From an uncultured Acidimicrobiaceae bacterium (lineage in GTDB: Bacteria; Actinomycetota; Acidimicrobiia; Acidimicrobiales; RAAP-2), in assembly GCA_964610905.1 (NCBI GenBank), contig CAZSYT010000007.1, forward strand, positions 1,465 to 65,464: 64,000 nt of DNA. Direction: 5' to 3'. The translations under genes and the position numbers were made by a program. The notes beneath the pieces are model-generated. The model saw only the letters and a program-made list of their open reading frames with translations, was not told the DNA's origin and did no database searches. Each line of letters starts with the position of its first letter. Within the stretch, counting starts at the first letter, position 1. Below are positions 46,361-54,539 of this stretch, one piece after another.

Positions 46361-47119
46361 GTGGACGGAGCAGGTAGGCGGCCGCTGACGGCGCGGTCGG
46401 TGCTGGCGAGCGCCCTGCTGGGCGAGGACCCGCCCGAGCTGCCCGTCTCCCACCTCGTGCACCTGGCTGGGCTCTTCGGCGTGAACGAGAACAGCGCTCG
46501 GGTCGCCCTCTCGCGCATGGTGGCGGCCGGCGAGGTGACGACCGACGGCACCGGGCGGTACCGGCTCGCCGGCCGCCTGCTCGAGCGCCAGGGGCGCCAG
46601 CGGACCAGCCGGGCCGGCGTGGCCGGGCCGTGGTCCGGTCGGTGGGCCCTCGTGGTGGTGGTGGCCCAGGCGAGCGCGGCCGACGTCAGGTCGGCCCGGC
46701 GCCGGTCGCTGGCCCTGGCGCGCCTCGGCGAGGTGCGCGACGGCGTGTGGGCCCGACCCGACAACCTCGCCCTCGACCTCGCCGACGTGGCCGGCGACGA
46801 CGTCGTGGTCGGCACCGCCGAGCTCGACGTCGACCCGCACCGCCTCGCCACCCGGCTGTGGGACCTGGCCGGCTGGTCGGCGCGCGCCCGGGTGCTCGCC
46901 GACGAGCTCGACCGCCTGGAGCCCCGGGGACCCGACATGCTGGCCGCGGGCTTCGAGCTGTCGGCCGCCGTCCTGCGCCACCTGCAAGACGACCCCCTCC
47001 TGCCGCCCGCCCTCCTGCCCCCGGGGTGGCCGGGAGCCGCGCTGCGGGACCGCTACGACCGCTGGGACGCCGAGTACCGCCGGGTCCTCGCCGCCTGGGG
47101 GCGGCGTCGGCCCCGGTGA
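46361..47119 (+). CDS. PaaX-family transcriptional regulator
   Basis: The N-terminal winged helix (LTARSVLASALLG......L..LAGLFGVNENSARVALSRMVAAGEV) and the C-terminal PaaX-like domain are recognisable. Divergent from the desaturase gene. Confidence 0.78.
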   Translation: MDGAGRRPLTARSVLASALLGEDPPELPVSHLVHLAGLFGVNENSARVALSRMVAAGEVTTDGTGRYRLAGRLLERQGRQRTSRAGVAGPWSGRWALVVVVAQASAADVRSARRRSLALARLGEVRDGVWARPDNLALDLADVAGDDVVVGTAELDVDPHRLATRLWDLAGWSARARVLADELDRLEPRGPDMLAAGFELSAAVLRHLQDDPLLPPALLPPGWPGAALRDRYDRWDAEYRRVLAAWGRRRPR

Positions 47120-47153
47120 GCGCGGCCGGAGGACCGACCCGGCCGCGGACCGG

Positions 47154-48281
47154 TCAGGGCCGCGAGCGGTGGAGCACGGTGCGGCCGCGGCCGTTGCGCT
47201 TGGCCTCGTACATGGCGCCGTCGGCGTGGGACAGGACGACCTCGGGGTCGTCGCCCGCTTCGGCGAGCGCCACGCCGATGCTGGCCCCGACCGTGAGCCT
47301 CTCGCCCGCGACGGCGACGGGCGCGGCCAGCGAACGGCTGATCCGCTCGGCCACGGCGAGCGCCTCGGCCTCGCCGCCTCGGAGGTCCTCGCAGAGCACG
47401 ACGAACTCGTCCCCGCCGAGGCGCGCCGCGGTGTCGCCCGGCCGGATGGCCTGGTTCAGGCGAGCCGCCACGGTCTGCAGGAAGGCGTCCCCGGCAGAGT
47501 GGCCGAAGTGGTCGTTGACCGTCTTGAAGTGGTCGACGTCGATGAACAGCAGGGCGACGCGGGCCCGAGCCCGCTCGGCGGAGGCGAGGGCGCGGCGCAC
47601 CTGGTCGACGAGGTGGGTGCGGTTGGGCAGGCCGGTGAGGGCGTCGTGGACCGCCAGGTGGGCCAGGCGGGACCGCTCCGCGGCCAGCTGCGACTGGACC
47701 TGCTCGTAGGCGACGTCGAACTCCTTCGCCATGCTCACCAGGCTGGCGTCCGCCCCCGTGCGCACGACGGCGAAGGCCAGCTCGAGCACGTCGGCCGGCG
47801 TGCCGAGGGCGGCTGCCTCGTGCCGGATCGCCTCGAAGGTGTGGTCGCGCCAGTAGAGGTAGAGCTTGGTCAGCGTCCCGAGCGCCACGCGCCGAGAGGC
47901 GCCCTCGCGCCCGGTCGCGGAGATGGCAGCTGCCTGCTCGTCGGTGGGCGACTGGCCGGTGATGAGGAAGTGGGCCACCGCACGCGTCCCGAGCTCGGTG
48001 ACGCGGAGGGTCTCGGAGCGGAGGTCCAGCTCCCCGCCCGTTGCATCGAAGCCGGTGCGCGCCTCCCAGTCGGCGGCGATCGAGGCGGCTACCTCGGAGG
48101 CACGCGCGAGCAGCGCTCGTCCGAGGGCGACCGTCGCGTCGCTCGAGGACGGTGGCCGCGGCTCCGAACGAGGTCCGGCACCCGGCTCGTGGCGTCGGCC
48201 GTCCTCGTCGGGCCAGCGAACGCTTCCCTCGCCCCTCGCGCCGCGCGGTGCCCCGATGGGGCCCGTCGCGTCCCTGCTCAT
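47154..48281 (-). CDS. Diguanylate cyclase (GGDEF) with an uncharacterised cytoplasmic N-terminal domain
   Basis: The C-terminal domain has LTGLPNR, FIDVDHFKTVND, the RLGGDEF active site and an RxxD-type upstream region. The roughly 200-aa N-terminal region has no motif I recognise. Confidence 0.85.
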   Translation of the reverse strand: MSRDATGPIGAPRGARGEGSVRWPDEDGRRHEPGAGPRSEPRPPSSSDATVALGRALLARASEVAASIAADWEARTGFDATGGELDLRSETLRVTELGTRAVAHFLITGQSPTDEQAAAISATGREGASRRVALGTLTKLYLYWRDHTFEAIRHEAAALGTPADVLELAFAVVRTGADASLVSMAKEFDVAYEQVQSQLAAERSRLAHLAVHDALTGLPNRTHLVDQVRRALASAERARARVALLFIDVDHFKTVNDHFGHSAGDAFLQTVAARLNQAIRPGDTAARLGGDEFVVLCEDLRGGEAEALAVAERISRSLAAPVAVAGERLTVGASIGVALAEAGDDPEVVLSHADGAMYEAKRNGRGRTVLHRSRP

Positions 48282-48477
48282 GACAGGAGAGGTATCGACC
48301 GGCCACGCCCGTCCCTTGAACGCCCCTGGCCGGCCCCCCCGGGCGACCACATTGCCCCGCCCACGGGTGGAGCCCCACCCACGGGTGGATCGCTCCGGGT
48401 GCCCCGGTCGTCCGCCATACTGGTTCGCGCACCGGCGGACGCTCGGTCCGTCCCGGGCGGGGACGAAGGGGGACCTC

Positions 48478-50202
48478 GTGGTCGAGAGCACTGCCCGCAC
48501 GTGGCGCCGTCGCGTGGCCGGCGCGTCGGTTGCCGTCTGTGCACTCGTGCTGGCCGCCTGCAGCTCGGGCACGAGCTCGTCCGGCGCGACCGGCAAGGTG
48601 CTGCTGGTGGGCTCCTACCACGGCAAGCAGGGCCAGTACCACACCATCCAAGCGGCGGTCGACGCGGCCAAGCCGGGCGACTGGATCCTCGTCGGACCCG
48701 GCGACTACCACGAGTCCGCCGACCTCCAGCACCCGCCCACCGCCCAGCAGCTCAAGCTGGGCGAGGTCGGCGGCGTCCTCATCACCACGTCCGACCTGCA
48801 CCTGCGGGGCATGAACCGGAACACCGTGGTGGTCGACGGGACGAAGCCGGGCTCCCCCGAGTGCAGCGCCAACGCGGCCGACCAGCGCCAGGGGGCGCCC
48901 GCCGCCGACGGCAAGCCGATGGGCCGCAACGGCATCGACGTCTACCGGGCGAACGACGTCTGGGTCGAGAACCTCACCGTGTGCAACTTCCTCGCCGGCC
49001 AGGGCGGCCAGGGCAACGGCATCTGGTGGGACGGCGGCCAGGGAACGGCGAAGATCGGCCTCCACGGCTACTGGGGCAGCTACCTGACGGCGACCTCGAC
49101 CTACTACGGCCCGGTCAGCGAGGACGCCACCTACGGCATCTTCGCCAACGACGCCGCCGGGCCGGCCACCTGGGACCAGGTCTACGCGAGCAACTTCAAC
49201 GACTCGGGGATGTACGTCGGTGCCTGCCAGCAGGTCTGCGACGTCACGATCGACCATGCCTGGATGGAGTACAACGCCCTCGGCTACTCGGGCACGAACT
49301 CGGGCGGTGCCCTGGTGGTCGAGAACTCGCAGTTCGACCACAACGAGGACGGCTTCGACACCAACACCCAGATCCTCGGCGACCCGCCGCCACCCCAGAA
49401 CGGTGCCTGCCCGAACAACGGCATCAGCCCGATCACCCACACCCACTCGTGCTGGGTCTTCATGCACAACGACGTGCACGACAACAACAACCCGAACGTC
49501 CCCGAGGCACCGGGCTACGCGGCCGCCGGGCCGGTGGGGACGGGGATGACCGTCTCGGGCGGGCGCAACGACACGGTGATGGACAACACCTTCTCGAACA
49601 ACGGGGCGTGGGGCGTCCTCTTCGTGCCGTTCCCCGACAGCGACCACCCCTACCCGGGGGTCACCTGCTCGGGCAGCGGCGGCACCCAGATCGCGGGGTT
49701 CGGCTGCGTCTACGACACCGAGGGTGACGCCCTCCTCCACAACACGTTCAGCCACAACGGCTACTTCGGCAACCCGACCAACGGCGACTACGGGCAGATC
49801 GTGCTGACGGCGGGCAAGCCGCAGAACTGCTTCGCCGGGAACGTGGCCCCCGACGGCTCGACGCCCGCAGACCTCGAGCAGACCCAGCCGACCTGCGGGG
49901 CGATCGCCAAGGCGCCCAACGCCCCACCGGCGCTCCTGTCGCAGACACTGTGCGACACCGGGTTCGGCTCGTGCCCGCCGGGTGCCTCCTACCCGAAGAA
50001 GACCGTGGTGACGATGCACCCCCTGCCGAAGAACCTCCCGACCATGCCGAACCCGTGCAAGGGGGTCCCGGCCAACCCGTGGTGCCCGGCGGGGTCGGGC
50101 TCGGCCCTGCCCCCACCGGGCCACCACCGGGCCCCGTCGCTGGCCGCCGCGGTCTCGGGGCCGGCACCGGTCTTCCGCCACTGGACCGGCCGGCTGACCT
50201 GA
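48478..50202 (+). CDS. Secreted lipoprotein with right-handed parallel beta-helix repeats (pectate-lyase / NosD-like fold)
   Basis: Lipobox (VAVCALVLAAC) and repeated N/D/G-rich beta-helix turns (NDVWVENLTV, VENSQFDHNEDGFD, NDVHDNNN, NDTVMDNTFSNNG, LLHNTFSHNGYFG). Many Cys residues are present. The GTG start is at 48478. Confidence 0.72.
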   Translation: MVESTARTWRRRVAGASVAVCALVLAACSSGTSSSGATGKVLLVGSYHGKQGQYHTIQAAVDAAKPGDWILVGPGDYHESADLQHPPTAQQLKLGEVGGVLITTSDLHLRGMNRNTVVVDGTKPGSPECSANAADQRQGAPAADGKPMGRNGIDVYRANDVWVENLTVCNFLAGQGGQGNGIWWDGGQGTAKIGLHGYWGSYLTATSTYYGPVSEDATYGIFANDAAGPATWDQVYASNFNDSGMYVGACQQVCDVTIDHAWMEYNALGYSGTNSGGALVVENSQFDHNEDGFDTNTQILGDPPPPQNGACPNNGISPITHTHSCWVFMHNDVHDNNNPNVPEAPGYAAAGPVGTGMTVSGGRNDTVMDNTFSNNGAWGVLFVPFPDSDHPYPGVTCSGSGGTQIAGFGCVYDTEGDALLHNTFSHNGYFGNPTNGDYGQIVLTAGKPQNCFAGNVAPDGSTPADLEQTQPTCGAIAKAPNAPPALLSQTLCDTGFGSCPPGASYPKKTVVTMHPLPKNLPTMPNPCKGVPANPWCPAGSGSALPPPGHHRAPSLAAAVSGPAPVFRHWTGRLT

Positions 50203-50290
50203 CGCGCCCGGGCGGGGCCCATCCCCGAGGGGCCGGACGGGCGCGGCGACGTCGCGGCGGGTCCCCGGACGGCGCCCCGGGTGCCCGCCG

Positions 50291-53116
50291 TCAGCCGTCG
50301 TGGGTCATGGCGAGCTCGACCGCGTGGCCGAGGTCGAGGAGCGTCGCGTCACGGCGCAGCTCCCGGAGCGTCGTGTCGTCGAGCGCGCCCTCGGCGTCGG
50401 CCAGCACCAGCGCGAGACGCTGCTGGCAGCTCGACGGCGTGGGCACGCCGATCCGCTCGTCGAGGTCGGCGGCCACCGTGCCGAGCAGCACGGCCCTCGG
50501 CGCCGCCTTCGGGTCGACGAGGACGGTGGCGGCCGGCAGGACGGCCAGCGCGTAGCGGACGACCACCAGGTCGCGCAGGTCCCAGGCCCCCCGCAACGCG
50601 ACGCGCGCCGAGGTGAGGGCCCGCCGGGCGTCTCCGTCGAAGAGCGCGGCCACGGCCACGACGACGTGGGCGAGGGCGGCGAGCCTCCGGTTCCCCTGGC
50701 CGGTGGCGAGGGCGGCGACCGCGCCGGCGAGGTCGATCGCCCGGCCGTGCTCGCCGGCGAGGGCGTGGGCCAGGGCCACCGTGTGCAAGGTGCGGCCGAC
50801 GCCGGCGACGTCCCCCAGGGCGGCGAAGCGGTCGCCGGTCAGCTCGAGGGCGGTAGCGGCTCGGCGGGCCACGTCGGGGGCACCCGGGCCGAACAGCGAC
50901 ACGATGGTGTCGAGCAGCTCGACGTTGGCCAGCCCTCGCTCCTCGCCGACGGCGTCGAAGCAGCGCCGCGCCGCGGCCAGGTGGTCGCGAGCAGCGTCCC
51001 CGTCGCCCTGTCGCGTCGCCAGCATCGCCCCGGCCAGCAGCAGCTGTCCCTCGGCCGGGCCGGGCTCCCAACCGGCGGAGCGTTCCATGCCGAGGACGCG
51101 CGACACCCACCACGCTCCGGTGGCCACGTGGCCGGACACCTGCCAGTACCAGCCGAGGGCGGCGGCGATGCGGACGGCGGTGGGGCGGTCGTCGCTCGAC
51201 ACCGCTCCCGACAGGGAGGCCAGCAGGTTGGCGTGCTCGCCGGCGAGGGTGGCCAGCTGGCGTTCGGTCGCCGAACCGAAGTCCACCCCGTCCGGGCCGA
51301 GGCGCTCGACCACGGCGGCACGGAGCTGACGGCCCACGCCGTCGACCCGCCCGGCCCGCTGCATGGCGTCGAGGAGGTAGGCGGCCGTGGTCCCCGGCAC
51401 CACGTAGCGGGTCGGCCTCCCGTGCAGGCCGGCCACGGCGTCGACCACGTGGGTGTCGGCGAGGTGGCGGAGCGTGGTGGCCGCCCGGCGATCGGCGAGG
51501 GAGGCCGCCCTGGCGACCAGCGCCAGGTCGGCGCCGCCGGGGAGGTGGGCCAGCACCTCGACCACCCGGCGCTCGTCGTCCTCGAGCTCCTCGACCACCG
51601 AGCCGGCGAGCGCGTGGAGCGAGGCACGCGCCACCTCGACGGCTCGGTCCTGCGCCGCGACGGGAGCGGCCGGCCGGCCGCGACTCGGGGCGACGGTCGC
51701 CCAGCCCCGAGCGGCGTGCACGATGGCGAGGGGGAGCCCGTCGAGCTCCCGGCACAGCTCGGCCACGGCGGGCGCCCGCTCCGGGTCGGCCGCCAGGGCC
51801 GGGTCGCCGGCGGAGCGGGCGAACAGCCGGACGGCAGGGCTGGCGGCCACCTCGTCGGGCGCCGCCCCGGGAGCGGGGACGGGGAGGGGGCGGACGGGCA
51901 CGACACGCTCGCCGGGGACGCGCATCGGCGCCCTGCTCGCGACGAGGACGGTGAGGTTCGGGCATCGCGCCGCCAGCCGGGCCACGTCGTGCACCCCCGG
52001 ACCGGGAGGCCTCCCCCCGGCGTCGAGGACGAGGACGCGCGGGACGGCGCCGAGCAGCGCGGCCAGCTCGGGCACGGCGTAGGGGCCGGCCGGGGCGTCC
52101 AGCCCGAAGGCCCGGGCCGTTGCGGCGAGGACGTCGACGGGCTTGGTGCGGCCGCCGAGCCGGACGGCGGCGCTCGCGGCGCCCCGGAGCTCCGCCACCC
52201 GCACGGCCGCCTCGACGGCGAGACGGCTCTTGCCCACTCCGCCCGGACCCGTGAGGGTGACGAGCGCCGGCATGCCGTCTGTCGCCAGGGCGACCACGCG
52301 CTCGATGTCGGTCCGGCGGCCGACGGTGGGCGTGTCGGGCACGGGCAGGAGCGGGTGGCGCTGCCGCAGGGACCGGCGATGGGCGGCGTCGACGTGGGTG
52401 GCGAGCCTGCGGACCACCGGCCCGGGCGCCGCCGTTCCCGCACCGGCACGCCGTCGGGCGAGCGCGTCGTAGCGGGCCAGCGCCTGGCCTCCCCGCCCCG
52501 AGGCGGCGAGCACCTTGACGACGAGCCGGCAGTCGAGCTCGGAGCAGGGGGAGAGCTGGGCGAGCCGCTCGGCCGCCTCGAGGGCGACCGGCCCGCGGCG
52601 GGCGCGGCGGGCCAGCCGGCGGGCCACGCCGGCGGCCAGGTCGCGCAGCTCGGCCCGCCGCTCGGCGGCGAGCGCCGCGAGCTCGCCGTCGTGGCGCACG
52701 TCCACGCCGTCGAGGAGGTCGCCGCCGTAGAGGTCGAGCGCCCGGACCAGCTCGTCCACCGAGCCCGGGGCCGCGGGGGCGGAGGCAGCCTCGAACACCT
52801 CGGCGTCGATCCACAGGCCGGGCCCGCGCCGGAGGGCGAGCGTGCCGTCCTCGGCGACGAGGTCCGGGCCGAAGACCCGGGTGAGCTCGCCTGCGACGGC
52901 GGCGAGCCCCACCGGCACGACGCGGGTTCCCGACCACTCGGCGAGGAGCGCGGCGAGGCGGGCTCGGGACACCGGTTGGCGGACGAGCGCCAGGGCGGCG
53001 ACGGCCAGCCGGGACGTCGGCGACCGGAAGGCGGCGCGCAGGCCTACGACCGAGACCTCGAGCCCGCCGAGCAGGCGTACGCGAGTGCGGGGCGGCGGGA
53101 CGCCGGCGACGCCCAT
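50291..53116 (-). CDS. Large SARP/AfsR-like regulator: N-terminal winged-helix plus BTAD, central NB-ARC/AAA P-loop NTPase, C-terminal TPR-like repeats
   Basis: RVRLLGGLEV start, BTAD-like LDLYGGDLLDG, the P-loop LTGPGGVGKSRLA, and a long helical-repeat C-terminus. 941 aa. Confidence 0.78.
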   Translation of the reverse strand: MGVAGVPPPRTRVRLLGGLEVSVVGLRAAFRSPTSRLAVAALALVRQPVSRARLAALLAEWSGTRVVPVGLAAVAGELTRVFGPDLVAEDGTLALRRGPGLWIDAEVFEAASAPAAPGSVDELVRALDLYGGDLLDGVDVRHDGELAALAAERRAELRDLAAGVARRLARRARRGPVALEAAERLAQLSPCSELDCRLVVKVLAASGRGGQALARYDALARRRAGAGTAAPGPVVRRLATHVDAAHRRSLRQRHPLLPVPDTPTVGRRTDIERVVALATDGMPALVTLTGPGGVGKSRLAVEAAVRVAELRGAASAAVRLGGRTKPVDVLAATARAFGLDAPAGPYAVPELAALLGAVPRVLVLDAGGRPPGPGVHDVARLAARCPNLTVLVASRAPMRVPGERVVPVRPLPVPAPGAAPDEVAASPAVRLFARSAGDPALAADPERAPAVAELCRELDGLPLAIVHAARGWATVAPSRGRPAAPVAAQDRAVEVARASLHALAGSVVEELEDDERRVVEVLAHLPGGADLALVARAASLADRRAATTLRHLADTHVVDAVAGLHGRPTRYVVPGTTAAYLLDAMQRAGRVDGVGRQLRAAVVERLGPDGVDFGSATERQLATLAGEHANLLASLSGAVSSDDRPTAVRIAAALGWYWQVSGHVATGAWWVSRVLGMERSAGWEPGPAEGQLLLAGAMLATRQGDGDAARDHLAAARRCFDAVGEERGLANVELLDTIVSLFGPGAPDVARRAATALELTGDRFAALGDVAGVGRTLHTVALAHALAGEHGRAIDLAGAVAALATGQGNRRLAALAHVVVAVAALFDGDARRALTSARVALRGAWDLRDLVVVRYALAVLPAATVLVDPKAAPRAVLLGTVAADLDERIGVPTPSSCQQRLALVLADAEGALDDTTLRELRRDATLLDLGHAVELAMTHDG

Positions 53117-53258
53117 GGACGGCCGAGCCTAGCCATCGCCGGGCGCCGCCGCCCGATCGGGGAGCCGGGTCGTCCCCCGTGCAGCGGCCCGGCCCGTCTT
53201 CTACCCTGAGCGACGCCTCCGCGCCGCACTCGAGCGGTCGGCCGGCGAAGGGGGATCG

Positions 53259-54539
53259 ATGAGCGACCGACCAAGCGAACGACCCGGCGGGACGGGGCCC
53301 GGCGCGGCGAGGGGCGGGGCCGTGCCGGCCGTGTTCGCCCCGGCCGTCCTCGGACCGGTGACCGTGCGCAACCGGATCATCAAGTCCGCCACGTTCGAGG
53401 GCCGGACCCGCCGCCGGGTGGTCACCGACGAGCTCGTCGAGTTCCACCGCCGCGTGGCCGCGGGCGGGGTCGGGATGTCGACCGTGGCCTACTGCGCCGT
53501 GTCGCCCGACGGGAGCACGGACGGGCACACGATCGTGCTCGCGCCCGAGGCCGCCGCCGGGCTCCAGCGGCTGACGGACGCCATCCACGAGCACGGGGCG
53601 CTCGCGTCCGCCCAGATCGGGCATGCCGGGCCGGTGGCCAACGCGGCGGCGACCGGGCACCCGGCGCTCGCGCCCACCCGGTTCTTCAGCCCGCTCGCCA
53701 TGCGGTGGACGCGCGCGGCGACCGAGGACGACATCGCCCGCGTGACCCAGGCGTTCGCCGAGGGCGCCCGGCTCGCCGCCCAGACCGGCTTCGACGCCGT
53801 CGAGGTCCACCTCGGCCACAACTACCTGTTGAGCGCCTTCCTCAGCCCCAAGCTCAACCGGCGCGACGACCGCTTCGGCGGCTCGCTCGAGCGCCGCGCC
53901 GCCTTTCCCCGCCAGGTGCTCGCCGCCGTGCGCGAAGCGGTGGGCAGCGAGGTCGCGGTCCTCGCCAAGTTCAACATGGCCGACGGGGTCCCCGGCGGGC
54001 TGTGGCTCGACCAGAGCGTCCCCCTCGCCCGGCTGCTCGAGTCCGACGGCGTGCTCGACGCCCTCGTGCTCACCGGGGGCAGCTCGCTCGCCAACCCCAT
54101 GTACCTCTTCCGGGGGGAGGCGCCCGTCGCCGAGATGGCGGCGACCATGCCGCGAGCCACCCGAGCCGCCTTCCGCCTCGTGGCGTCGAGGATGATGCCC
54201 GCCTACCCGTTCGAGGAGGCGTTCTTCCTCCCCTACGCCCGCCAGTTCCGCGAGGCGCTGTCGCTGCCCCTCGTCCTCCTCGGCGGGATCACCCGGCTCG
54301 CCACCATCGAGGCGGCCCTGGCCGAGGGCTTCGACTTCGTGGCGATGGCCCGGGCGCTCCTCAGGGAGCCCGACCTGGTCGCACGCATGGCGGCCGGCGA
54401 CACGGAGCCGTCGCGCTGCGTCCACTGCAACAAGTGCATGCCGACGATCTACCGCGGCACCCGCTGCGTGCTGGTCGAGGGGCCCGAGCCGACGGGGCGC
54501 CCCGCCGTGCCCGCGGGCGCCTCAGCCCTCGGCGGCTGA
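53259..54539 (+). CDS. NADH:flavin oxidoreductase (Old Yellow Enzyme / 2,4-dienoyl-CoA-reductase N-terminal type) ending in a Cys cluster
   Basis: TIM-barrel OYE motifs (RNRIIKSATFEG, VEVHLGHNYLLSAFLSP, GRRDDRFGGSLE.R) and a C-terminal CVHCNKCMPTIYRGTRC motif. Confidence 0.85.
   Translation: MSDRPSERPGGTGPGAARGGAVPAVFAPAVLGPVTVRNRIIKSATFEGRTRRRVVTDELVEFHRRVAAGGVGMSTVAYCAVSPDGSTDGHTIVLAPEAAAGLQRLTDAIHEHGALASAQIGHAGPVANAAATGHPALAPTRFFSPLAMRWTRAATEDDIARVTQAFAEGARLAAQTGFDAVEVHLGHNYLLSAFLSPKLNRRDDRFGGSLERRAAFPRQVLAAVREAVGSEVAVLAKFNMADGVPGGLWLDQSVPLARLLESDGVLDALVLTGGSSLANPMYLFRGEAPVAEMAATMPRATRAAFRLVASRMMPAYPFEEAFFLPYARQFREALSLPLVLLGGITRLATIEAALAEGFDFVAMARALLREPDLVARMAAGDTEPSRCVHCNKCMPTIYRGTRCVLVEGPEPTGRPAVPAGASALGG

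Noticed and set aside
50291-53116. STAND NTPase as an antiviral Avs/NLR-type defence gene
   Set aside because: The N-terminus is a SARP-type DNA-binding and BTAD module, no nuclease or protease effector domain is present, and no defence-island context was found.
50349-54425. 1358-aa minus-strand ORF, plus the 969-aa (50300-53209, plus strand), 1042-aa (47053-50181), 1210-aa (59779-63411), 938-aa (20551-23367) and 921-aa (14261-17026) ORFs
   Set aside because: These are shifted-frame or antisense shadows of real genes, or read-through extensions upstream of real genes (panB and the ArsA-like ATPase). Only the segments with recognisable motifs were kept.
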